Assembly (NCBI RefSeq): GCF_001194135.2
Contig: NC_068996.1
Span: 38,580,223-38,644,222 of the forward strand
Source: Octopus bimaculoides
Taxonomy: Eukaryota
Direction of reading: 5' to 3'
Length of the DNA: 64,000 nucleotides
Part shown: one piece after another, positions 1 to 11,429 of the stretch
Layout of the letters: each line of letters starts with the position of its first letter
Numbering within the stretch: the first letter of the stretch is position 1
Translations under genes and position numbers: made by a program
Notes under the pieces: generated by a model
What the model was told of the DNA's origin: nothing
What the model saw: only the letters and a program-made list of their open reading frames with translations
Databases searched by the model: none

Positions 1-110
1 AAGGGTTTTTTTCGTTGTAAGGCTTTCTTTTTTAGTTGATTTTCAGCTAGCAAGACTTATCGTAGATGGCATAATAAGTCACACCCGGACAAGGTCGGGT
101 TATACTGCTA

Positions 111-112
<2 letters not shown>
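1..112 (+). mobile_element. 3' terminus of a Helitron-like element (truncated by the window start)
   Basis: Hairpin ACCCG-GACAAGGT-CGGGT (83-100) followed 7 nt later by CTAG|T (108-112). Confidence 0.6.
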
Positions 113-150
<38 letters not shown>

Positions 151-594
151 GTTGTGTTTTGGTGCCAAGGGATATAACTCAAGTTAACTCTAGCTTGGTT
201 CATTTCATCATCTTTTATACAGCAACCACAATATATCTATTCGCCTCCAACAATAGAGAGCAATCACCATATTTCATTCCATTACTGTTATCTTTGAAGA
301 GTGCAAGGTTACATAATTGGGCTGTTACCTAACACTCCATTGAACCCCAAGTGCGATACTGATTGCCAAGATCAGCCATAATGGATATATACTGCTGCAG
401 ATTAATATCTGTAGATATTAATACTGCTGTAGATTGATATCTCAATCCAAAATCTGTAAACAAGAGTAGAATTGATAGTGTGAATTGTGAAATTGACTCT
501 AATGATAATTTTCCTGAACTAGATTTCAATTCTTTAAGTAAAAGTAGTTCTGACTCTTATAATATAGTTAAATTAACATCTAGTTTTAATATTA

Positions 595-598
<4 letters not shown>

Positions 599-650
<52 letters not shown>
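599..650. repeat. (TAA)n microsatellite; one of many TA/CA/CTAT/AAT microsatellites (e.g. 112-146, 11771-11847, 12657-12752, 21690-22100)
   Basis: Seen directly. Confidence 0.95.
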
Positions 651-651
<1 letters not shown>

Positions 652-1277
652 TGAATGTAGCATACTGGCACAGAAAGAATACATATTCATATAGTAAGTG
701 AATGTAGCATGCTGACACAGAAAGAATACAAGAATATGTAGAAAGCTAGGATTTGAACATACTGATAAATGGTATCAACATGGACCTAGTAAAGTATTAG
801 AAAGTAAGAAATAGAAGATGTTGTGGGACTTTAACATTCAGACTGACAGAGCTAGAAGACCTGGTATGGTCGTAGGAGATGAAGAGAATAGAAAGTGCCA
901 GATAATTGACTTTACAGTCCCAAATGCTTAGAATATCAATATGAGAAGTATAGAAAAAATAGCAAAGTACCAGGACCCAGCTATTGAGTTACAGAGACTA
1001 TGGAAAGTGCGGGTAAAATCTATCCCAGTAGTTATAGGTGCATTGGGAACTATCCCTAAAGATCAGAACAGATCAATATAGGAAATAGGCATTAAAACCC
1101 AGTTTAGTACAGTTTCAGAAAACAGTGTTATTAGGGACAGCTAGGATACTTAGGAGGATTCTTGGCATCTAAGGTTACTCGTTGTAGCCCGATGTTTGGA
1201 TTTTCTTCTTTTCCAACAAAAATAATAATAACAATAATAATAATGATGATAATAATAATAATAATAATAATAATAAT
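651..1277 (+). mobile_element. 5'-truncated, degenerate RLE-type non-LTR retrotransposon (R4/Dong-like)
   Basis: Decayed translation HIVSECSMLTQKEY...KWYQHGPSKVLE...MLWDFNIQTD-RARRP...IIDFTVP...KYQD...IPVVIGALGTIPK...KTVLLGTARILRRIL*, then a (TAA)n tail; internal stops. Confidence 0.85.
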
Positions 1278-1354
1278 CCTGTCTTAACACTTAATTCTGA
1301 AAAGAAGACTAGTAGGAATTCTTTTAGCTATGAGTACCAAACACACATGATATA

Positions 1355-1618
1355 ATTGATTGTACTTTAGAGAATCAGTGTTTAAGGAAAATATAGCGAA
1401 TCAATGTAAGGTATTGCAGAGGATAATAAATATTATTACATAGGCTCATCTGCTATAACTTGGAAATCTAGATTTCATAATCATTCTCTTTCATTTAAGT
1501 ATAGTCATCATCATCAGAAAAGGTAGTTCTACAAATCTTAGTAAATACATTTAGGATTTAAAAGATAGCAACATTAAGTATGATTTAAAGTGGTCCATTA
1601 TTAGTTATATACCATAGT
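1355..1618 (+). mobile_element. Penelope-like element GIY-YIG endonuclease remnant
   Basis: CTLENQCL...YYYIGSSAITWKSRFHNHSLSFK / STNLSKYI*DLKDSNIKYDLKWSII with frameshift. Confidence 0.75.
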
Positions 1619-2279
1619 ACAATTTTGTGAGTGCATGGGAAAACACCCTAACAAACATAGATGTGTATGCGACCTTTCGGCAATCTGTACCCCTCCCCGA
1701 AAACGCTGCACATATAGTATCACTATACACATTCCATTTCTACAAGAACACCAACCTTAAAAATACACACATTTCCCATACATTTTTTTCCAGAAAACTC
1801 TTGTCGCCTTGCAACAACCCAAGAGATGGTTTTTGGTACCAAGGGACATAACTCTTAACCTTTGCTCGGTTCATTTCATCATCTTTTTCACAGCAACCAC
1901 AAACTGGATGTGTCAGTTCTCCTAAATAATAGAGCAGTCACCATATTTCATTCCATAAGTGCCATCTCTGAAGAGTGCAAGATTACATGATCAGGACTAT
2001 TACTTAACACTCCATTGAACCCCAAGTGCGAAATCGATCAGTAAAATTAACCATAATGGATATATAATACTATACACTTTGATTAATACACACACACACA
2101 TGCATATAAAATCATGGAATAATTAAGATTCCTTTGAATTAGGTACTTGAGTTGAGGCACCATGTCAGTCCTGTATTGTCTGCACAGCTCAGGCATATAA
2201 TTCTTTTATTCTCTCGTTCTGATGAAAAATTCTGTAAGTTTGCTGCCTTCATATATATATATATATATATATATATTGT

Positions 2280-2495
2280 CCACAGGGGCTAAACATTGAG
2301 GGGACAAACAAGGACAGACAAACGGATTAAGTCGATTACATCGACCCCAGTGCGTAACTGGTACTTATTTAATCGACCCAGAAAGGACGAAATGAAAAGT
2401 CGACCTTGGCGAAATTTGAACTCAGAACATAACGGCAGACGAAATACCGCTAAGCAATTCACCCAGGGTGCTAACGTTTCTGCCAGTACGCCGCC
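2280..2495 (-). mobile_element. tRNA-derived SINE, family A (octopus-type)
   Basis: On the minus strand: ggcggcg..tggcagaaacgttagca head and B-box-like GAGTTCAAATTTCG; multiple copies in the window; CpGs retained. Confidence 0.8.
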
Positions 2496-2569
2496 TCTTC
2501 TTATATATATATATAAATATTGATATATTCATAGACTCACTCTTACACACAAATTTACCACCTCACCTC

Positions 2570-2850
2570 TTCCCCCTACCCTTCTCTCTCATCATCTGCC
2601 TCTCCGTCTGGGGTGCTTTGGCGAATTCACACTCTGCTCTTTCCCTACCCCACTATCTCCATGGTAGCATCCAGTATCTCTTTCCTTCACTGCATCCACG
2701 CACCATCTAATTTTTTCTCATTAACCTCTTGTTGCAATTTCTTTGCCTCCTCAACACCCTTCCTTGTCTTTCCCCGTTCTTTCCAACCAGTGCAACAACC
2801 ATCCCAACTCCTCTCTTTCTTTCAATGACTCACTCAGCGTTCCTCTCCAA
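2570..2850 (-). mobile_element. Possible degenerate LINE (RTE-like linker) fragment
   Basis: Minus-strand decayed peptide ...AWMQ*RKEILDATMEIVG...; weak. Confidence 0.3.
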
Positions 2851-2864
2851 CCTATAGTCAGTTG

Positions 2865-3305
2865 CTCATAAAGCATTTCCTGGATGACACAGGCTTCTCT
2901 TCACAGCTCAAACCAGCAGGGCTACACTGAGGAGATGGTAAAAGGCGTGACAGTACGGCAATTTTCCCATTCCATGGTGGTAGACTCTTCATCTGGGATC
3001 CCACATGCTGTGACACCTTCTCCAGAGGTAACTTGGTGTGTTCAGGTGCCACTCCAAGCTCCACTACTCATCTGGTTGAGAAAAGCAAACTGTCAAAGTA
3101 TCGGTTGCTCTCTGACAGGTTTATGGTCGAGCCTGTGACAGTGGAGACTTCTGGTGTGTTCGCCCACCCCTGCCGACCATATCCCAGCTCACCACTATTG
3201 GAACAGAGATGGCTATCTACAATTACAAGACCTGTAAGTCAGAGCGGTTGTTGAAGTACATCTCCCTCAACATTCTCTGGGGCAACACCTTTTCCATTTT
3301 GTCTG
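2865..3305 (+). mobile_element. 3' fragment of a CRE/NeSL-like RLE non-LTR retrotransposon
   Basis: LIKHFLDDTGFSSQLKPAGLH*GDGKRRDS...IWDPTCCDTF...EKSKLSKY...VEPVTVETSG...ISLNILWGN fits the RLE pattern EPxGL..DGKRPDG...WD.TC.DT...K..KY...ET.G. Confidence 0.75.
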
Positions 3306-3444
3306 CTTGGACTATGATGCGACCTGAATTACAAGAAATCAAGAGAGTGTAAAAATTTTGTAGCTCATTACACTTTACATATGTAAAAATGGAAACTCCA
3401 GTCCTACAACACACACACACACATATGTGTATATATATATATAT

Positions 3445-3650
3445 ATGGGAGAATATACAAATAATAGCAACAGACGAGGACAGGTGGTGTAAATAACAAA
3501 AGTATATATTAGTATGACGCTCGGGAATACGGAAAGTCTTTGACGTTTCGAGCTACGCTCTTCAACAGAAAGAATACGGAGACAAGGAGAAAAACACGGA
3601 GAAAAAAAATTGAATAGTGTTCAGTCAACGGTCAATCATAATAATGAACA
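3445..3650. repeat. Penelope-associated dispersed repeat (GACGTTTCGAG..CTCTTC..CAGA motif)
   Basis: Motif shared with 34900-35050; CpG-rich. Confidence 0.45.
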
Positions 3651-3681
3651 TACATTCATATATGTATATATATATATATAT

Positions 3682-4662
3682 NNNNNNNNNNNNNNNNNNN
3701 NNNNNNNNNNNNNNNNNNNNNNNNNNNNNNNNNNNNNNNNNNNNNNNNNNNNNNNNNNNNNNNNNNNNNNNNNNNNNNNNNNNNNNNNNNNNNNNNNNNN
3801 NNNNNNNNNNNNNNNNNNNNNNNNNNNNNNNNNNNNNNNNNNNNNNNNNNNNNNNNNNNNNNNNNNNNNNNNNNNNNNNNNNNNNNNNNNNNNNNNNNNN
3901 NNNNNNNNNNNNNNNNNNNNNNNNNNNNNNNNNNNNNNNNNNNNNNNNNNNNNNNNNNNNNNNNNNNNNNNNNNNNNNNNNNNNNNNNNNNNNNNNNNNN
4001 NNNNNNNNNNNNNNNNNNNNNNNNNNNNNNNNNNNNNNNNNNNNNNNNNNNNNNNNNNNNNNNNNNNNNNNNNNNNNNNNNNNNNNNNNNNNNNNNNNNN
4101 NNNNNNNNNNNNNNNNNNNNNNNNNNNNNNNNNNNNNNNNNNNNNNNNNNNNNNNNNNNNNNNNNNNNNNNNNNNNNNNNNNNNNNNNNNNNNNNNNNNN
4201 NNNNNNNNNNNNNNNNNNNNNNNNNNNNNNNNNNNNNNNNNNNNNNNNNNNNNNNNNNNNNNNNNNNNNNNNNNNNNNNNNNNNNNNNNNNNNNNNNNNN
4301 NNNNNNNNNNNNNNNNNNNNNNNNNNNNNNNNNNNNNNNNNNNNNNNNNNNNNNNNNNNNNNNNNNNNNNNNNNNNNNNNNNNNNNNNNNNNNNNNNNNN
4401 NNNNNNNNNNNNNNNNNNNNNNNNNNNNNNNNNNNNNNNNNNNNNNNNNNNNNNNNNNNNNNNNNNNNNNNNNNNNNNNNNNNNNNNNNNNNNNNNNNNN
4501 NNNNNNNNNNNNNNNNNNNNNNNNNNNNNNNNNNNNNNNNNNNNNNNNNNNNNNNNNNNNNNNNNNNNNNNNNNNNNNNNNNNNNNNNNNNNNNNNNNNN
4601 NNNNNNNNNNNNNNNNNNNNNNNNNNNNNNNNNNNNNNNNNNNNNNNNNNNNNNNNNNNNNN
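3682..4662. other. Assembly gap (981 N)
   Basis: N-run next to a (TA)n repeat. Confidence 1.
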
Positions 4663-4824
4663 TTAATTGTCCACGTTAGTGGTCGACGTTATTTTTAAAA
4701 TGTACCTTAATCCTCTGAGATTGCAGATAATATTTCTGAATCTCTTTGATTCTTTAAATGTGCTGGCCCCCTGATAATTAATCGATATTAATTAATATAT
4801 TAATATATGACTAATTACCAGATC

Positions 4825-4877
<53 letters not shown>

Positions 4878-5718
4878 AAGTCTATTGCTCCATTCCTGTT
4901 CCCTTTTTTCCCCTTATAATAATGGAAGCTAACTCTAGACTCCCACCCAACATAACTCATTCTATCACTTTTCCAGTCTATCCACTCCTTTTCTCAATAA
5001 CTTCTATCTCTAATTGCTTTCCTGTCATAATCTCCTTCACTACTTCCTATTCATGACTATAAATCTATTCTTCTCATCTTCCCCTTCCTCAACCCCTCCT
5101 CCAACTAGAATCATTTTTCTCTCTTTCTATGCTCTTTTTGTTGAAAAGACCACTTTAGGCTCTCAGTCGAACAAGTTCGGAAATGAGCTTCACTAGTGCT
5201 GGTACTACAAAGAAAACAGCTGTATAAAGTGGTTGGCGTTGGGAAAGACATGCAATTGTAGAAACCTTAATGAAGTATTCACATTCATCAGAACCAGGAT
5301 GTTAACAGATAATTTGTGTGTGTGTGTGTGTAAAAATAAGCTAAAAGAAGTAACTCAGAGTGACCAGTAACATGTACTTGAACAACATAGACGAATATAG
5401 GTATATATAATAAATTCATGATTTATTAAATATCTATCTCTGCATCACAATTAACAACTCTGGAAAGTTTTTGATTTTGAGATTATCTCCCCTTTTCAAG
5501 TGGAGCTGGTTTTATAATTGCCATTTGGTAATCCTAACACATGCTCTAGAGACAGAGATAATTTTAATAAATCAAAAATATCTGCAATGCTTGTATTTGT
5601 TTTTGAACTACGTGCTGCTGACCACTACGGGTTATTTCTCTTAGCTCTATGTTTAATTCATGTAAACTACTTGGGCCGTAAATGTGTTGTACTTATTCTT
5701 CAATAAATCCCTAAGCTA

Positions 5719-6085
5719 GTGGTAAGTAGCTTGTTCACCAACCACATGGTTCCGGGTTCAGTCCCACTGCGTGGCACCTTGGGGAAGTGTCTTCTACTAT
5801 AGCCTCGGGCCGACCGAAGCCTTGTGAGTAGATTTGGTAGACGGAGACTGAAAGAAGCCTGTCGTATATATTTGTATGTATGTTTATGTGTCTGTGTTTG
5901 TTCCCCCGCCCCAACATCGCTTGACAACCGATGATGGTGTGCTTACGTCCCTGTAACATAGCGGTTCGGCAAAATAGACCGATAGAATAAGTACTAGGCT
6001 TCCAAAGAATAAGTCCTGGGGTCAATTTGCTCGACAAAAGGCGCTCCAGCATGGCCGCAGTCAAATGACTGAAACAAAAGTAAAA
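5719..6085 (+). mobile_element. tRNA-derived SINE, family B (octopus-type), near full length
   Basis: gtggtaagtagcttg...ggttcagtcccactgcgtggcacc...ccagcatggccgcagtcaaatgactgaaac; more than 10 copies in the window. Confidence 0.8.
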
Positions 6086-6155
6086 GGTTGGACAAGTGTT
6101 ATGCTGGCGATGCCTATTGAAACCCATGTCTACGTCTGTCATCTCATCTCTAGAC

Positions 6156-6488
6156 CAGGGGTTCTCAACTATTTTTTGTCTATGCACACCTTTAATTACT
6201 ATTTTATTCTGGTGGATCCCCATAACCATTCGATATTTAAGACCTAGTTTTATAGAAACTTCTTTCAAAATTCCTATTTTGTTTATTACACATTAACTTG
6301 TTGTAGGTTGAACTTTGTAAAATGTTAGAGAAAGGAACTAAGTTGTTTCTTGCAATAAATACCAATACATACATCTAAAGCAAAGTTTTTTCAGAGGCCC
6401 TTAAAATATTATTGTGGATCCCAATTGACCATTTTGTTGCGTGGACCCCTTCACCCAAATCTTATATGGACCCGGTTGAGAACTACTG
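6156..6488. mobile_element. hAT (Charlie-like) MITE
   Basis: TIRs CAGGGGTTCTCAAC / GTTGAGAACTACTG; 8-bp TSD-like ctctagac / ctgtagat. Confidence 0.8.
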
Positions 6489-6505
6489 CTGTAGATAATC
6501 TTTTC

Positions 6506-6720
6506 TACTCTAGGCACAAGGCCCGAAATTTTGAGGAAGGGTTGAGGTTAGGGTTAGATCGACCCAGTACGCAACTGGTACTTAATTTATTGACTCCAAA
6601 AGGATGAAAGGCAAAGTCGACCTCGGCGAAATTTGAACTCAGAACATAAAGACAAACGAAATACTGCTAAGCATTTTGCCCGGCGTGCTAACGTTCTAAC
6701 GTTACTGGCAGCTCGCCGCC
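6506..6720 (-). mobile_element. tRNA-derived SINE, family A
   Basis: Similar to 2280-2495. Confidence 0.8.
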
Positions 6721-7497
6721 TTGGATACTAAGTCTGTACTTTTCCCTTATTTTGCATGTCAGTTTTGGAGACTGCCTGAATCTTTAGATCATCTCCCCTT
6801 CTCAATTGAAACTGATCTTGATTACCATTTGGTAATTCTCAGTGGAAATAATTTTAATAAATCAGGAACGTTGTATGTTTTTTTCTTCTAAATCTGTATT
6901 TGTCGATATATTTATGTATATTCTATGAGAAATACAGAGTAACAATTTGTGACGATTGAGGATACAATATTATTTCTCGTATCCAGTATGTTTTTATTTT
7001 ATATCTCATTTTCATTTATATATCTACGTTAACTACACACAGAGAAAAAGATTGTAAGCGTGTCTGTGTGCGAGAGAGAGAGAGAAATTGCAAAAGAGTA
7101 GAAAGAGAGAGAAGAAGAAAGAGAAATAAATAGTAAGATAAAGGGTGAGAGGGATGATAGAAAGGAATGAGGAAGGCTTGAAGGAAAGAGAGAGTGGGGA
7201 GGAAGAGGAGGAAAGAAAGCGTGAAACGAGTAGCAGAAGACTAGAGACAATGAGAAAGAGAGAAATAAGATACAGGATGAAAGCAAGAGGGATGTTAAGA
7301 GATGGAAGCAACAGTGAGTGTTAGAGGAATAGTTATAGTGAAGGAATGAGAGAGAGAGAGAGGTTGTAATAAGTAAGCGTGACAGTACTACTATCTCTCC
7401 TCTTAATGAAACATATATCTATACAGGTGGCGTGCTTATCGTAGCAGAAGCACCAATGTCTCACACTAGTAAGCTGGTTGTGAGTTTTTGTCACAGA

Positions 7498-7770
7498 TCA
7501 TTTGACGGACCTTTAGCTCTAAAGTGACCTTAGACCGATTTCTGTTTTCTTCTTTTGTCTTTATTCTTCCTTTTTTTCCTTCATTTCTCGAGACTCTGTT
7601 AATTAAATTGTCTCGCCAAGAGAGGGAAAGAGTGAGGAAGACAGAAAGAGAGAGAGAGAGGGAGGGAGGGAAAGTGTGTGAATGTGTGATTGAGCGTGAG
7701 AGAGAAAGAAAGAGATTGAAGATCAACATCACAAGCAAGAACAACAGCAGACTGACAACTGTTGGTGAGT
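7498..7770 (+). promoter_or_regulatory. Candidate transcription start region and non-coding first exon with a strong 5' splice site
   Basis: GA-rich tracts, Inr-like TCATTT near 7498, donor TTG|GTGAGT at 7765, and a CpG-retaining island about 7000-8600. Confidence 0.35.
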
Positions 7771-10215
7771 AATATGGCAATAAAAAAAATTGTTGCTATT
7801 TTTTTATTTCATAAATCGACATTTGTAGGGCAGTAGATTGATTTGCTTTTGTTTTGGTCCTTTTTTTCTTTATGTAACTCATACTTTTTTTTACATGACG
7901 ATTTGTCTAATTCCCACACGGAAGACAACACAAACACTACGAGACAATACTGAACGATGCGAACCATGTGATCACTCGATTTCCTAGTTACAATGGTCAA
8001 ATTTTTCAAATCGTAGCTTACCTTCACAGAAAGAGAAGGACATGTTGCATAATGAAATCGTATAAATTAAATCCGATTGCAATGGCTGAAACGCTTTCAA
8101 TAATGGGTTTCTTTGACCAGGGCTAAACCTTGAATGGTGCAAAACAACAATGCACGTTACAAAATTAACTGGAGTCAGTGATCCGAATCAAATCGAAATT
8201 CTCTCAGTGAATGATCATATGAATATATACAAAATATATGTGCATGCACCATAAAATGATCGCAATTTCAAACTTAAGACATAAAGTCACATTTGTGAAA
8301 AAGTATAACGAATGAAATTAGACTGGGTACAGAATGGTGACTATTTTATTGATTTTTGATGGATAAAAAACAAAGTCTTTATCTTCTATAATTAAGTAAA
8401 CGGGAAATGTCCTGAATGACTTAACAAAAAAAAAAAAATGTCACTGAATGTTCTGAGAAAAAGAAAACAAAAACCTAGTGGTAATTCTTAACAACTCTGA
8501 AATTAAAGGGAAGGTAATCTCGTACTCTCAAGAAATTTATCATTGGAAACTAATTTACATGCTTTAATTAAATCCAATCTTTGTCCGTAGAAACATGTTT
8601 TTGTTTATTAGCCCTCATCAGCATACTATAACCTAACCAGTATATCTTCAGGGAGTGCTATAGTCATTTATATGTAAAACCTGTATATGTTTAAAATCAT
8701 CATCATTACTATAAATAGACTGGTGAAACTGACAAACAATCATTTTCAGATATCAAATATCATTGGAGTTGATTTTCTCTTCTCTCTAGGATTGATGAAT
8801 ATCAATCATCTAAATCATCTACACCTCCTTCCCTCCATCCAAATTTGAATCCTTGTATCAAAGTGTGTTGTTATTGCTGTTTAGCTGCAGGTTAGCTTTG
8901 AATGATTGAGAAGTTATGAGGCCAAAGATGTTCTATCTGTGGCTGTTCTGATTTTTTTTGTAAGTTTTTGACAAGATTAAAATTTTGTTTCTAACTCTTT
9001 TGATACCAACCTGCTCAAAACTGCACTCGGTAAAAATTCCATTTCAATTTAAATTCCAGGTGGCAGGTTAATAATGCCTAAGTTCTACTAAATCCTCCAT
9101 TATTTTACAAAATTAATTGAAACAAAAAGCAGTTTATTTCGTTAGTAACATAGTAACAAAAGAGTTAAGATAGTAAGGTGATATTTGAAGGAGACTCGAC
9201 TTGTATGTACAGTGGTTTGCTAATGTAAAGGCTCCTTTGTTGATTTGTGCATCAGTGTTGCACAGGTGGTGGATAACAGTAAAGTAAAGATTAAGTAAAA
9301 CCTCAAACAAATTGCCTTGCACAATTTGAGTAATTTTTCTTTACACTCTGAGTTAAAATCCCACCAAGAAGCAGAATCATTTTAGAACATCAAACAAAAT
9401 GCTTAAGAGTAATTACTTGCAATGATTTACATTCTGAGTTCAAATCATACTAAGATCAACTTTGTGTGTTGTCCTTTTAACAGGAGGGGAGTGGGAAGGA
9501 GAGGCTTATAAAATACAGTTCTAATCTTGTATTGGAATTAATTTATAATCCTATGATTGCATTCTAAAAATATGAATGCAATTATAATAATTTATAATCC
9601 TGTGATTGTATTCTAGATATGAATGCAATTATAATAATATGCAGTGAAAACAGTAATGATGATTTTAGTGAAATTCAGTAGGGTCAGTTTGGCCTGTCAT
9701 TGTTTCCACTTTGGTAAAATGAATACTTGCCAAGTACTGGAATTCAGTAAACTTCATCCTTGACAAATATTTAAAGGCATGAACCTTGTGGTCAAGCAGG
9801 TCAAACAATGTTAATATTGTTTATTGAAAAAAAGTGACAACAAGCTGTCAGAATCATTAGCAAGCCAGACACTCTATATTCCTTTTTGAATCTCAATTTA
9901 GGTCTTCCATGGTTTCTTGCATAATTGAGAGTAAAGCAGTTGTCCAGAGAGTCTGTTGTTGTCCATCCTGTGTACATGGCCCAACCAATGTAAATTTTTA
10001 GTAATATATATATATTATTATATTGATACCTGCAGTCAGATGTCACAGCTTTGACTGTTCATAGCTTTGGCATAACTTGATAAACTTTTTCCATACTGGT
10101 CGTTTTTTATTTCGATTTACCATGTTTTTATGATTAATTCCTTTCCACTTCACGTTCCTTTTTGCAATATCTTTGAATCTCATTCTAGGTCTTCCATGGT
10201 TTCTTTTTCTCTTGC

Positions 10216-10247
<32 letters not shown>

Positions 10248-10589
10248 ATATTTCTTTTCTTTGATACGTTTTGTGTATACAGACCCTAAAAAAAAAATTT
10301 TTATTTAAGTTTTAAATTCTGCTGAGGTTGACTTTGCCTTTCATCCTTTTGAGATTGATAAAATAAGTACCAATTGAGTACTGGGGTTGATGTAATCAAT
10401 TTACCCCTTGCCCAAAATTGATGGCCTTGTGCCAAAATGTGAAACCAATATCATTTTTTTGAAAAGCTTTTTTAAAAAATAGAATCAGTAAAATATTGGG
10501 AAAAAATTTTTGTATTTATATTCTGAATTCAAATCTTACTTGGGTTAATAAAATAAGTATCACTAATAAATATACACAGAAAAGTAGCA

Positions 10590-10800
10590 AATCATTAACA
10601 TACTGGGTAAAATGCTTAGTGGTATTTTGTCCATCTTTACGTTCTGAGTTCAAATTCCACCATGGTTGATTTTGCCTTTCGTCCTTTTGGGGTCGTTAAA
10701 ATAAGCACCCCCTGTTGTACAGTGGGGGTACTGGGGATTGATGTATTTTACTCACGCCCTCTCCCTGAACTTGCTGGCCTTGTGCCAGAATTTGAAACCA
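10590..10800 (+). mobile_element. tRNA-derived SINE, family A (another partial copy at about 10300-10450)
   Basis: ttctgagttcaaattccaccatggttgattttgcctttc; CpG-decayed. Confidence 0.7.
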
Positions 10801-11429
10801 ATATACAGAGAATTCATTGAATTTATATGTTGGGTGGGTGGGTGTTGTGTGTGTTACTACCTCCTTGCCTTGACTTTCTTTGTAAATGAGTGCAAGCAGT
10901 GTCTTCTTTCCAGTCTTCCATGAAAATATTTCTGGTCATGGAAATATTACCTTAGTTGCAAAGAGATGTGTATTGGCAACAGGAGGGGCATCAAGCTCTT
11001 GATGCCTTCACAGCTCTGTTGAAAATCCAGTCCATGAGAGCATGGAAATGTAGATGCTAAAACTGGTGGTGATAATGATGTTGATATATATATGTACATA
11101 CAGATACATGTATAGCTATCTACGTATCATACTTATTGTATAAACACAGTTGACTGGCCAGTTACTGTGGTGTTCTTACTGACATAACATCTCTTATGGA
11201 TATGCTGTGTTAAACAAAATTAATATTGAATGGAGACGGAAGCTTGCCCCAGCAGAGGTTAGCAAAAATACCAGATGCATTTTGGCTTTTCTAGGCCTCT
11301 TCAGTAACATGTACTTGCAGCCAGCCACATGCCTGAATAAGGCTTTGTCACCAATATAGGAAACAGTAAATAAAGCATTTACTGATGTTGCAAAAAGCTG
11401 CCTGGCTGAATAAAAAAATCCAGTAATCA

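Noticed and set aside
3610-4698. The two longest ORFs in the track (362 and 349 aa)
   Set aside because: They are translations of the N gap
5735-6268. 177-aa minus-strand ORF and similar ORFs (19206, 29151, 33960, 54904, 59502)
   Set aside because: Read-through of SINE family B copies
7029-7780. Leu/Ser/Phe-rich and Arg/Glu-rich ORFs
   Set aside because: GA/CT low-complexity tracts
9541-9638. About 50-bp tandem duplication
   Set aside because: Ordinary AT-rich slippage duplication; not a CRISPR-like array (no spacers)
9887-10220. 35-bp direct repeat resembling a long TSD
   Set aside because: Both copies translate on the minus strand as RNHGRP(K/R)(L/M)RFK, i.e. two RTE 3' fragments
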